Shown here piece by piece: positions 27,801 through 39,574 of a stretch of 64,000 nucleotides of DNA; positions within the stretch are counted from its first letter, which is position 1; each line of letters opens with the position of its first letter. This DNA is from Eledone cirrhosa. Taxonomy: Eukaryota. The position numbers and the translations under genes are program-made. The stretch is from contig OZ024743.1 in assembly GCA_964016885.1 (NCBI GenBank), positions 319,858,001-319,922,000 of the forward strand, read 5' to 3'. The notes below the pieces were generated by a model that saw nothing but the letters and a program-made list of their open reading frames with translations, was not told the DNA's origin and made no database searches.

Positions 27801-30150
27801 TTGTGGTCCGTGTAGCTGACTATCTTGAATTGTGGACAGCCTATGCTAGATTATCTATTTCCCTACAAAATACTCTATCTAGATATGATCTAGATGACCC
27901 TATGCGATTTGTCCAAGTCCACATTGGCACATTCGGGAAATCCAATCGGTACCTGTCAGACAATTCAAAATGCCTGAGCAGGTTGCTGAGGCTCTTGGAC
28001 CCTCCTCCCCTATGCGCTAATCCCACACAATCCCAGCGTGCATCTAAGATCCTGTTCCAGTCGCCCACTAACTCTAAAAAGATAGGAAGGTCTCCGGACG
28101 CCGGAAGAAATCAGGCCGCCCTGCTTCTATCGGGGCATAGCGGCCACTAGGCTGAAAGCTTGCCCTTCTCCGCTGGTCACGTCCAGCACCACCAACTTAC
28201 CTTCTGGGTCCAGGAAGATGGCCCGTATGGCGAGATCCAAACCTCTCCGAAAAAGCACAGCAACTCTTCCCCCCGATCTAGGATGGCTGGGAGATGCGTA
28301 CACATCGTAGCCTCCGGAGATCGGTGCGAAGGCCCGTGCTTCGGAGGTTCTGGTCTCGCTGGTGGCCACTACATCTATGTTTAGTGACCTGAGGTCGTTG
28401 AGCAGGTGGCCCTGCTTCCATGACGACCCCAAGCCACGCGCATTTATGCTGCCTATTCTGAGTGAGGTCATGTTGATCGTCTGGTGAAGGCACCGTTGAA
28501 TCGTCACTTCGGCTCTTCTGTGAGTATATCCGAATATACTCTCCGGTTGAGTGTCCCTCCTTATTTTAATGTTTGTGAATTGTTTCTGTGATATTCTTAC
28601 CAGTCTTATGTTCGTTGGTGTTTTGATTGGTGCTGGTATTATGTAGTCGTGCTGTGAAATGTCTGTGTGTTCAATTATGTAAATCATTAGTTTCTTGTTG
28701 TGTGTATTTATTGCTGTGCATTTCTTTTTCTGGGTTTGCGGTGTGGTTCTGCTATTTTCTTGTCGTTGTTACTGGGTGTGTGTGTTTTGTTGTTGTGTTT
28801 GCGATGTTTGTGCTTGTGGTGGTGGTGTTGAAGGTGTTGTTGTTGTTGTTGGTGGTGGGGTTGCCGCCGGTGGTGATGGTGGTGCTAGTGTGGGTGGTGA
28901 TGGTGCTGGTGGTGTTGCTGCTGTAAGTCTCTTTGCAGTAGCCTTTACCCTTTTTTATTTCTTCACTCCCTTTTCGAAGGCGACGATGCGCTGCTTCTGC
29001 GTTTGTGCCTTCTTGCGACCTTTTGCCATCCCTCTCCCACTTCACACTCTATGTCCGATTCTGTGAGGTCGGGGAGGGGTACCAGCTCCACTCTTTTACT
29101 TGTTCTTGTTGGTGATGATTGCAGTGGAGTCTCTGTTGCAGCTGCAGTTGTTATTACTGTTGTTGTTGTTAATACTTCCACAGCTGCTGCTGTTCTTGAT
29201 TTCCGTGGCGTGGGTATGGGTACCACGGACCTATCGTCCCTGGTTGCCGCTTGTCCTGTTGCAGGTAGCAGTGGAGCCGGTTTCGGAAGGAGGGGGATTT
29301 TCTCCTTTCTCAGGGTCTTCTCATTGCAGAAGGCCCTGAGGTGAGTCTTCGACCCACAGCGAAAACATTTCGGGCGTTTGCCCTCAACATTATGGGAATT
29401 TGAGTGCCGTTATCGAAGTCTATCACATCCGGGATAGCTTCGATGCACTCCTGGTTGGTTTGAATTAACATCTCAATGGAGGTGCCGACCCAATCTTCTC
29501 GTACTTTTTTCTGTACTTGCAGTATAGTTGTTTTGTCCTCGATTCCGATGAGGACAGACGCGGCCAGCCAAGAAGGGGCCATCCGGGGGGGGGGGGGGGG
29601 CAGGGGACGTGGGTCAGTTTGACCCTCACAATTTTTTGTCCGCTGTAGGAGGGTACCAACACCATTTCCTCGCTCCATAGGGTCACTAAGGATTGAGCCT
29701 TTGCGTCCTGGGCTGTGGCAAAAAGCACGTCCACGGTGGCATATTTCTTGCCTCGGGTGATATACGTTTTCCGCTGCAACACAGACCCTAAGGCTTTTTG
29801 TATTTGAGCCTCTGTGGCTCTTTCAACCCTAAGTGATTTTGTGTTTACTGTACGGTACGTGACCGTATAGTGCTGTTGGGTTTCGAAAAGTTTTTCGGCT
29901 GCCTTGCAGATTGGTCGGTGTCCGGTTTTCGTCACCATCTTCTTTGCTTCCTGTAATTCCCCATTTGTTATAAGGATGGTTTCCAGGTTCTTTGCGATAC
30001 CTGCAAACGAGATTGGTTTCTCTTTCTTGTTGTTGTTGTTGTTGTTGTTGCTGTCGTCAGAGCTGCTGTTACTTTTGTTGTTGCTGCTGGTACTACGACC
30101 GTCGCGGCCGCTGTTGCTGTGGTCGTTGTTGTTGCTGCTGTTGTTGTTGT

Positions 30151-30181
<31 letters not shown>

Positions 30182-30786
30182 TATGCTGCTGCTGATGTTG
30201 TTGCGGTTGCTACTACTGTTTTCCTTGTCACTGTTGCTGCTGCTGCTATTATGGCTGCTGCTGCTATTCTTCATGACGTCATGAAGAATATGAAATGGCT
30301 TTCCGTATTTACCGCACACATTTTTCGTCGTCGCCGTCGTGGAGAAATGTTCCACGGTATGCCCGTTCTCTTGGTGAAAGCTACCAGAAACTATACTTTT
30401 CTTTAATGGCGTCGCTTGCGAAAGAGGCGATACCACATTTAGAGAAGGGAGGGAGAGAGACAATCTTCTGTCTGATGCAATGACGATTGAGGAAGAAGAA
30501 GAAGACGGAAAGAGTGGGAGTGACTTGCGAAAATTCTTTTTTGTAGCCATGTTTTTTTTTACGGTTTAAAATGAATATTGGGTACAAAACCCCAATAAGC
30601 GGTTATTAAACCCCAGTAAGCGGTTATTTAACCCCAAAGGGCCAAATAACGGACAGAAAGACCCCTCATTAAGAGGAGGGTGTTTTAATCTACAATTTGG
30701 TTCAAGTTTTAAACAATTTACAATTGTTATAGCGGTTAAAAATTACTATACCTTACAGAACCGAGCCTCCGTCAACCATGGTATTC
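24853..30786 (-). mobile_element. Tx1-clade LINE copy 1, full length, disrupted; flanked by (AAT)n on both sides
   Basis: ORF1 from 30550 (Asn/Ser-rich, zinc knuckle CFRCGSKTHLRAFC); ORF2 from 28471 with APE LRIGSINARGLG and MGDWN, RT KSPGLNGL, YADD; 3' end AATAAAgaaagc(ATT)n. Confidence 0.93.
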
Positions 30787-30801
30787 AATAATAATAATAA
30801 T

Positions 30802-33255
30802 GACAACAACTAGAAGATGTTGTTTGGGCAGCTTGAAGGGAAAGAAAGAGGCAACGACTTGATCCCTGAGGCGGAACAGACTAAGACATTCTGGAGAGGA
30901 ATATGGGAGCAGGATTTTGAACATAATGAAGAGGCAGTGTGGATTGAGACAGTACAAAACAAGCACACCAACAAACTGATTTAAGTATCACAGTTAAAAA
31001 TCATAAAGGACAGGCGAGAAAAGTAACCAACTGGAAATCACCAGGCCCAGATGGTGTGCATGGGTATTGGATTAAAAATATAACATCCCTCCACCTGAAA
31101 CTAACAACCATGTTCAATGACTGCTTGATGTCGGGTGAGGTACCAGATTGGTTGACAAAGGGTACCACAGTCCTGGTAATGAAAGACCGAATCAAGGGTA
31201 ATGATGTTACCAACTATAGACCTATCACATGTCTATCCGTTATGTGGAAACTGTTAACAAGCATTGTGTCTGAGGAAATCTACCATCACCTCCACACAAA
31301 CAACTTGTTACCGGACGAATAGAAAAGATGCCGAAAGAAGTCCCGTGGTACAAAAGACCAGCTACTTATTGATAAGATGGTAATGAGGAATTGCAAGAGG
31401 AGACACACTGGTCTCGCCAGGGGATGGATAGACTACAAAAAGGCATTCGACATGGTTCCTCATTCTTGGATAACCAAAAGCCTAGAGATCTTCAAGGTGG
31501 CAGATAACATCGGACAGTTGTTGAGCAAAAGTATGAAGTCCTGGGAAACAGAATTAACATCGGATGGAGAATCCTTGGGAGGCGTGAAGATCAAGAGAGG
31601 TATCTTCCAGGGTGATAGTCTGTCCCCTCTGTTGTTTGTCCTTGCCCTCATATCCCTGACCATTATACTGCGAAAAGTGAGAGCAGGATACAAGTTGGGA
31701 AAAGGAGAGCTTACCATCAATCACCTTCTCTTCATGGACGATCTTAAACTCTTTGGGAAGAGTGAGAACGAGTTGGATGTACTTGTTGACACTGTTCGTG
31801 TTTTCAGTAATGATATATGTATGGAATTTGGTATTAATAAGTGTGGAGTCCTAGTGATGAGGGGGGGGGGATAAATTGAGCAGAAGCAACGGAATCCATG
31901 TACCAACAGGTGAGATGATAAAGGAAATTGACACTGAAGAAGAATACAAATATTTAGGTGTTCTGGAGGCAGATGACATCAAGAACAAAAAGATGAAGGA
32001 ATAGATAAGATCTGAGTACATTAGGAGAGTAAGGAGCGTATGAAAGTCACATCTGAACAGTAGGAATGCCATAAGTGCAGTGAATTCCCGAGCTGTGTCT
32101 ATTATTAGGTACACTGCTGGAATTCTGAAATGGAATGTTGCTGAACAAAAAGAAATGGATAGGAAGACTAGGAAGCTATTGACTATCTACAACATGTTCC
32201 ACAAGAGGAGTGATGTCGATAGACTCTACTTAAAGAGATCTGAAGGTGGAAGAGGTCTTATCAGCATAGAGGACTGTGTTCAGATGGAGAAAAACAACCT
32301 GCACAAATACGTGGCCGATAGTAAGGAGCCAATGCTCAGAATTGTACTGAAGGAGAAGACAATAGACCAGGGGATGTCCAAGGAGGAAATAACAACAAGG
32401 AGGAAGACCAACCTTCATGAAAAATCACTTCATAGTACCTTCTTTGAGAAAACTGAATTTAGAGATCCACAGACATGGAACTGGTTGAAAAGAGGAGACC
32501 TTAAAAGGCTACAGAAGGAATACTAAAGTCTGCGCAAGAGCAGGCACTCAAAACGAAGTGAGTGAAATACCATATTTACAAGGAGGAGGGTAACCCACTG
32601 TGTAGGATCTGTGTGTGTGTAGAGAGAGAGGAGACTTTGGCTCACATTGTATCCGAGTGTAAAGACCTATCCCAGACTCACTATAAAGGCTGGAGACATG
32701 ATGTGATGGGCAGGGTGATCCACTGGCACCTATGCAAGGTAAACAATTTACCACATTCTGAGAAGTGGTATGAGCATAAGCCAAAATCGAAGATAGAAAA
32801 CGATCAGGTGAAGGTGCTATGGGATTTTAGGATACAGACGGATAAGAAACTGAAACACAATAGGCCTGACCTGGTGGTTTTGGACAAAGAAAAAAGATCG
32901 TGCCTGATTGTAGATGTAGCCTGCCCATTTGACACGAGAGTGCAAGAAAAGAAGAGGGAGAAAATTAACCGATACCAGGACTTAAAGTGGGAGGTAAAAA
33001 GGATTTGTAACTGCCATGAAGTCAGAGTCGTCCGATTGTCATAGGCGCACTAGGTACTATCTCAAAGAGTTTCCAAGTATGGTTAAAGAAAGTTAGTCCA
33101 GCCCCGCTTTTTAGAACACTTCAAAAGGCATGCTTTCTGGGAACAGCAAGAACCCTCCGATACGTCCTGAATATCTGAGGCTGCAGGTGGCGTCCTGATA
33201 TTCATTTCAACAAACTTTCCAGTTAAATAACATCAATGACTGAGACTCAAAGAAC

Positions 33256-33294
<39 letters not shown>
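30802..33294 (+). mobile_element. R4/Dong LINE family A, 5'-truncated, (TAA)n tail
   Basis: [68 protein letters not shown]. Confidence 0.95.
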
Positions 33295-33296
<2 letters not shown>

Positions 33297-36200
33297 TTTC
33301 TTTATTAACCACAAGGGTTTACATTAAGTAGACATTAAGGACAGTGCAGGACAATACAGGACGGTGCAAATGGGCATTTCTGCGTGTAAAAAACAAAAAC
33401 AGAGGATGTAACAAAAAATAACAATGAAAAATTCCCCAATAGGGGGGAGACTTCGGGGGGACATTTGTGGAGAAAGCCCAGTAAAAGGCCACAATGACCC
33501 TGACCACCAAGGCAAGTGCCCTCTCCCAGTTTTCCACCTTTAATTTACAGATATATACTCAGAGTAGGCCCATTCACTCGGGCCATTCTTGCTTCTCTCA
33601 CGCATCTTTCAACAAAATGCTGGGAAGAGAGCACTTCCCTCTCTACTCTGATTTTCCTTTTCAAATGAAATTTGAAAAAGTCAATCAGAGCATCACCGAA
33701 GAGGTAAGTGCTCGTCTTCAGCCCTTTCAAACGTGTCCACCATACTATCTCTTTCGCCATGGCTACCAGACAGATAAAAACTGCCTGCCCTTCCCGGCTA
33801 AAGGAGGAGGGCGGGGCAATCCTCACGATGGACTCAGATGATAGCCGGATCCGTCCTACACGCGACAGCAGGTGTTCGACATAAACCCACAAGTCAGCAA
33901 TTTTCGGACACTGGACGAGTGCGTGCAGGACGGTTTCGTCGCCCTGCGCGCATCTCGGACATGCCCGGCTGACGGCACCTCCATGTCTGTAGAGTTTATC
34001 CCGAACTGGCAAGGTTCCTCGGTAGCACTGCCAGGTCAGAGATTTCTGGAAGTTGTCCATAGGCCCCGGCCCGAAAGTTCTTCCGAAGAGATTGGCTAGT
34101 TGATTTTCGTCGACGCCTACAGTTTCCCCAAGTACGTCGTCGCTCTTCCCCTCCACAAATTCTCTATAGAACGCCGAGGTGGAGTTTCCACCGATCACAT
34201 TGCCCGATTGGTCGAGGGCTGTGAGCGCCTGAAGACATTCCAGTCTCCAGGCGCTCCCTCTCGGTCTTCGCTTGACCCAGGACTGCAGCTCCGTCAAGGA
34301 AACGAGCTGGGGAAATACGTTTCTAGCAAACGGCGACCACACCTGATCACCGTCGAGGAAGAGGTGGAGATGTCGTAGCCTGAGCGGGTGCCTGCGCATC
34401 ATCAGCCACGGCATGCCCAGCCCTCCACGTAGCGGGTGTTGACAACAGATGGACCGCCTGACCATCGGAGCGCGTCCCTTCCACAAAAAGCGAAAGAGCA
34501 AACGCTCCAGCGCAGTCAGGCGAGGCTTAGGACAAGGTACCACGGTCAGGCGGTAGCAGATGACAGACGCGATGTACGCGTTAGCCACTTCCGCTCGACC
34601 TTTCAGGGATAGCTTCCTCTCTGCACATTTCTGGGTGAGAGAAGCCACCCTGCTCGTCACCTCGTCCCAGTTTTTGTCCGTCTGGAGGTCCGGACCGAAC
34701 CAGAACCCTAGTAATTTAAGCGGTCCGTCCGTCCAGCGTCCGACGACGCTGTTGGACGGCATGGACCTGCCTCTCCAGGTGCCGAGCTGCAGGCCCACTG
34801 ACTTTTCCTGGTCGATCATTGCTCCTGTCACCGCTTCGTATTCTGTTAGTGTAGTGCCGATCGCCTCGATGTGTTTGGCGTTCGACACTACTACGGTGAC
34901 ATCGTCCGCATATGCTGACACGGATCTTCCGCATCCTAGTTCGCGCGGGACGCCCCTCAACGTCTCCAGTTTGTGCAGTAATGGCTCGAGAGTCAATACG
35001 TACAAGAGGGACGAGAGGGGACATCCTTGGCGGACCGAGCGCATGATGTTGAACGGTTCCGACAGGTGACCGTTCACTCTCACCCCAGAGCAGATGTCGC
35101 TGTGCATGGCAGCGATCCAGCCTCTGAAGACGGGCCCAAAGCCAGCTGCCCTCAGGACTTCCGCTAGGTAACGATGGTCGACCCTATCGAAAGCTTTCGA
35201 CTGATCTAAATTGATCAAGGACCCACCCGTGCCAGGTTCCCTAGCTACCCTCTCTACGATGTATCGCACGAGGTGGAGGTTGTCGTGGATGGATCTGTCG
35301 GGAATGGCGCATGTCTGCGCCTCTCTCACCAGACCACCAACGACAAGCGCCAACCTCTTTGCTAGCACCTTGGCCAAAATCTTGAACTCTGTGTTTAGCA
35401 GAGTTATGGGCCTGAAATGATCTATGTTATCCCCCTTGTTCGGATCCTTTCTCAGCAGTGCCACCGCTCCTCGGCTCACAGAACTGGGAATTCTCCCGTT
35501 CTGTTGCCAGTTGCAGTAGACGTCCGCCAAGAGGCCTCCGAACAAGTCTGGCATCTGTACGTAAAGTTCATAGGGCAGACCATCCAAACCAGGCGATTTA
35601 CCCCTTGTGCAGACAGTCATTGCCTCCCTCTCTCCAGCGGCTGTTATCGGCTTTTTGCAACACATCGCCTCAGTGGCCGAGAGCCGCGGCAGTCCGTCGA
35701 GGTAGACACTAAATTCCATCCCTCGACCCGGCCCACCGCTGCCCAAGAACAGCTGAGCGAAGTGTCGCTGAAAAGCTTCACACATTTGCCCGGGATCGAG
35801 TAGCATGCGCCCGTCGTGGTCCACCAAAGACCGGATCGTGGCTTTATTGTGACGACGCGCCTCCGCCACTCGGGCCCATTGAACGGCTTTCGTCCCCTCG
35901 TGTCTGAGAGCACGCACCCTAGCTCTGACAACGCAGCCTTCGTGCTTTGCATTGAAGAATTGGTCAAGGGCCAATTTCTAACTAGTTCTCCCTCTGCTCT
36001 ATTTTTCTCTATTGCTAAAGCCTTACCTAACCTAATGGATTCTATTCTAATCGCTCTTTTCAGAGCAAACCACCACTTGTTGTTGACGATAGCCCCCGTC
36101 AACGCCCGCTTAACTAGTTCGCTAATCCGGTCTCTGTAGGCCTTGCGCGCTGGTAAGGACGCGTTTAGCTTCCAGTAGCCGGGTCCTCGTCTATGAAGCC

Positions 36201-39200
36201 TATCTAATTCAAGCACACAGATCACGAATTTGTGGTCCGTGTAGCTGACTATCTTGAATTGTGGACAGCCTATGCTAGACCTATCTATTTCCCTACAAAA
36301 TATTCTATCTAGCTATGATCTGGATGACCCTATGCGTTTTGTCCAAGTCCACATTGGCACATTCCGGAAATCCAATCGGTACCTGTCAGACAGTTCAAAA
36401 CGCCTGAGCAGGTTGGTGAGGCTCTTGCACCCTCCACTCCTATCCGCTAATCCCACACAGTCCCAGCGTGCATCTAAGATCCCGTTCCATCGCCCACTAA
36501 CACTAAAGAGCGGGACGTTCCAAGAAAGGTCTCCAGACGCCGGAAGAAATCAGGCCGCCCTGCTCCTGTCGGGGCATAGACGGCCACTAGCCTGAAAGCT
36601 TGCCCGTCTCCGCTGGTCACGTCCAGCACCACCAGCTTACCCTCTGGGTCCAGGGAGATGGCCCGTATGGCGAGATCCAAACCTCTCCGAAAAAGCACAG
36701 CAACTCTTCCTCCCGATCCAGGACGGCTGGGAGATGCGTACACATCGTAGCCGCCGAAGACCGGTGCGAAGGCCCGTGCTTCGGAGATTCTGGTCTCGCT
36801 GATGGCCACTACATCTATGTTTAGTGACCTGAGGTCGTTGAGGAGGTGACCCTGTTTCCATGACGACCCCAAGCCACGCGCATTTATGCTGCCTATTCTG
36901 AGTGAGGTCATGTTTAAAATAGAGTCGAAAAGATGGGAAAGACCAATTACCGTACTTTTCGTAGAGGAGGGATGGTTTTTACATCCCTTTTCACTTGATC
37001 GTCTGGTTGAATCGTCCCTTCGGTTGGTCGTCGGCTCTTCTATGAGTATGTCCGAATATACTCTTCGATTGATAGTTCCTCCTAGGTCCCTGAAATCACC
37101 AACTGCGTTGGGGAATTTCGTTTTAGTGTTTGTGTATTGTTTCTGTGCTATTTTTAGCAGTCTTATGTTAGTTGGCGTTTTGATTGGTGCTGGTATTATG
37201 TAGTCGTGTTGTGAAATGTCTGTGTGTTCAATTATGTAAGTCATTAGTTTCTTGTTGTGTGTATTTATTGCCGTGCATTTGTTTTTCTGGGGGTGGGGTG
37301 TGGTTCTGCTATTTTCTTGTCGTTGTTGCTGGGTGTGTGTGTTTTGTTGTTGTGGTTGCGATGTTGGTGCTTGTGGCGGTGGTGTTGAAGGTGTTGTTGG
37401 CGGAGGGGTTGTCGCCGGTGGTGATGGTGGTGCTAGTGTGGGTGGTGATGGGGTTGGTGGTGTTGCTGCTGTGAGTCTCTTTGCAGTAGACTTTACCCTT
37501 TTTTCATTTCTTTCCTCCCTTTTCAAAGGCGACGATGCGCTGCTTCTGCGTTTGTAGCTTCTTACGACCTTTTGCCATCCCTCCCCACCTCACACTCCAT
37601 GTCTGATTCTGTGAGGTCGGGGAGGGGTACCAGCTCCACTCTTTCACTTGTTGTTGTTGGTGATGTTTGCACTGGAGTCTCTGTTGCAGCTGCATTTGGT
37701 ATTGCTGTTGTTGTTGTTAATACTTCCACTGCTGCTGCTGTTTTTGATTTCCGTGGCGTGGGTATGGGTGTCACGGACCTATCGTTCCTGGTTGCCGCTT
37801 GTCCTGTTGCTGGTAGCCGTGGAGCCGGTTTCGGAAGGAGGGGGTTTTCTCCTTTCTCAGGGTCTTCTCGTTGCAGAAGGCCCTGAGGTAAGTCTTCGAT
37901 CCACAGCGAAAGCATTTCGGGCGTTTGCCCTCAACACTTATGGGCAGTTGAGTGCCGTTATCGAAGTCTATCACATCCGGGATAGCTTCGATGCACTCCT
38001 GGTTGATTTGGATTAACATCTCAATGGAGGTGCCGACTTAATCTTCTCTTACTTTTTTTCTGTAATTGCAGTACAGTTGTTTTGTCCTCGATTCCGACGA
38101 GGATAGATGCGGCCAGCCAAGAAGGGGCCATCCCGGTGGGGGGGGGGGGGGGGGGGGGGGCGTGGCTCAGTTTGACCCTCACAATTTTTTGCCCGCAGTA
38201 GGAGGGCACCAACACCATTTCCTCGCTCCTTAGGGTCACTACGGATTGAGCCTTTGCCTCCTGGGCTGTGGCAAAAAGTACGTCTACGGTGGCATATTTC
38301 TTGCCTCGGTTGATGTGCGTTTTCCGCTGCCACATAGACCCCAAGGCTTTTTGTATTTGAGCCTCTGTGGCTCTTTCAACCCTACGGGATTTTGTACTTA
38401 CTGTACGGTACGTGACCGTACAGTGCTGTTGGGTTTCGAAACATTTTTCCGCAGCCTTGCAGATTGCTCGGTGTCCAGTTTTTGTCACCATCTTCTTCGC
38501 TTCCTCTAATTCCTCATTTGTTATGAGGATTGTTTCCAGGTTCTTCGCGGTACCTGCAAACGAGATTGGTTTTTCTTTGCTGCTGTTGTTGTTGTTGTTG
38601 TTGTCGTCAGAGCTGTTGTTACGTTTGTTGTTGCTGCAGGTATTACGACTACTGCCTCCGCCGCTGTTGCTGTGGTTGTTGTTGGTGTTGCTACTGCTAA
38701 TGCTGTTGTTGTTTATGCTGCTGGTGATGCTGTTGCAGCTGCTACTGTTGTTTTCATTGTCACTGTTGCTGTTGTTATTACGGCTGCTACTGCTATTATT
38801 CCTGATGTCAGACGAATGAAATGGGTTTTCGTATTTCCCGCACACCTGTTTCGTCGTTGTCGTCGTCGTCGTGGAGAAATCTTGCACGCTTTGCACGAGA
38901 CTTTTGTTTTCTGTCGTCGCTTGCGAAAGAGAAGGGAGGGAGAGAGACAATCTTCTCTCTGCTGTAGTGATGATTGAGGAAGAAGAAGACGGAATGAGTG
39001 GGAGTGACTTATGAAAATTCTTTTTCGTAGCCATGTTGTTTTTTTTGTTTAAAATAAATATTGGGCACAAAACCCCAAATAAGCAGTTATTTAACCCCGA
39101 AGGGCCAAATAACGGGCAGAAAGACCCCTCTCACGAGGAGGAGGAGGGTGTTTTTGTCTACAAGTTCGTTAAAGTTTTAAACAATTTACAATTGTTATAA

Positions 39201-39254
39201 CGTTCAAAATTTACAATATCTTACAGAGCCGAGCCTCCGTCAACCATAGCATTC
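33295..39254 (-). mobile_element. Tx1-clade LINE copy 2, full length; flanked by (AAT)n on both sides
   Basis: ORF1 from ~39034-39070; ORF2 36911 to 33545 with frameshifts; highly similar to copy 1. Confidence 0.95.
33545..35974 (-). CDS. Tx1 ORF2 uninterrupted portion: reverse transcriptase + C-terminal CCHC finger
   Basis: KSPGLDGL, FRPITLLN, DQSKAFDRVDH, VRQGCPLS, YADD, CPRC..ETVLHALVQC. Confidence 0.85.
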   Translation of the reverse strand: MALDQFFNAKHEGCVVRARVRALRHEGTKAVQWARVAEARRHNKATIRSLVDHDGRMLLDPGQMCEAFQRHFAQLFLGSGGPGRGMEFSVYLDGLPRLSATEAMCCKKPITAAGEREAMTVCTRGKSPGLDGLPYELYVQMPDLFGGLLADVYCNWQQNGRIPSSVSRGAVALLRKDPNKGDNIDHFRPITLLNTEFKILAKVLAKRLALVVGGLVREAQTCAIPDRSIHDNLHLVRYIVERVAREPGTGGSLINLDQSKAFDRVDHRYLAEVLRAAGFGPVFRGWIAAMHSDICSGVRVNGHLSEPFNIMRSVRQGCPLSSLLYVLTLEPLLHKLETLRGVPRELGCGRSVSAYADDVTVVVSNAKHIEAIGTTLTEYEAVTGAMIDQEKSVGLQLGTWRGRSMPSNSVVGRWTDGPLKLLGFWFGPDLQTDKNWDEVTSRVASLTQKCAERKLSLKGRAEVANAYIASVICYRLTVVPCPKPRLTALERLLFRFLWKGRAPMVRRSICCQHPLRGGLGMPWLMMRRHPLRLRHLHLFLDGDQVWSPFARNVFPQLVSLTELQSWVKRRPRGSAWRLECLQALTALDQSGNVIGGNSTSAFYREFVEGKSDDVLGETVGVDENQLANLFGRTFGPGPMDNFQKSLTWQCYRGTLPVRDKLYRHGGAVSRACPRCAQGDETVLHALVQCPKIADLWVYVEHLLSRVGRIRLSSESIVRIAPPSSFSREGQAVFICLVAMAKEIVWWTRLKGLKTSTYLFGDALIDFFKFHLKRKIRVEREVLSSQHFVERCVREARMARVNGPTLSIYL

Positions 39255-39323
<69 letters not shown>

Positions 39324-39574
39324 CGATTGTCATAGGCGCACTGGGGACTATCTCCAAAAGTTTCCAGGGATGGTTAAAGAAAATCGGCCCCTTCACGCTT
39401 TTTGGAACGCTTCAAAAGGCATGCTTGCTTGGAACAGCAAGAACCCTCCGATACGTCCTGAATATCTGAGGCTGCAGGTAGTGGCTTGATATTCATTCCA
39501 ACGGACTTTCCAGTTAACCAACATCAATGACTGAGATTCAAGGAATAACAACAATAATAATAATAATAAAAATA
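39324..39574 (+). mobile_element. Severely 5'-truncated Dong-A (last ~50 codons + 3'UTR + TAA tail)
   Basis: Matches 33034-33255 and 44478-44665 (IVIGALGTISK..LLGTARTLRYVLNI*). Confidence 0.93.

Noticed and set aside
29904-30406. Poly-Leu/poly-Cys ORFs (also 38367-38977) and other + strand ORFs over Tx1
   Set aside because: Antisense shadows of the Asn/Ser-rich ORF1 and GC-rich ORF2.
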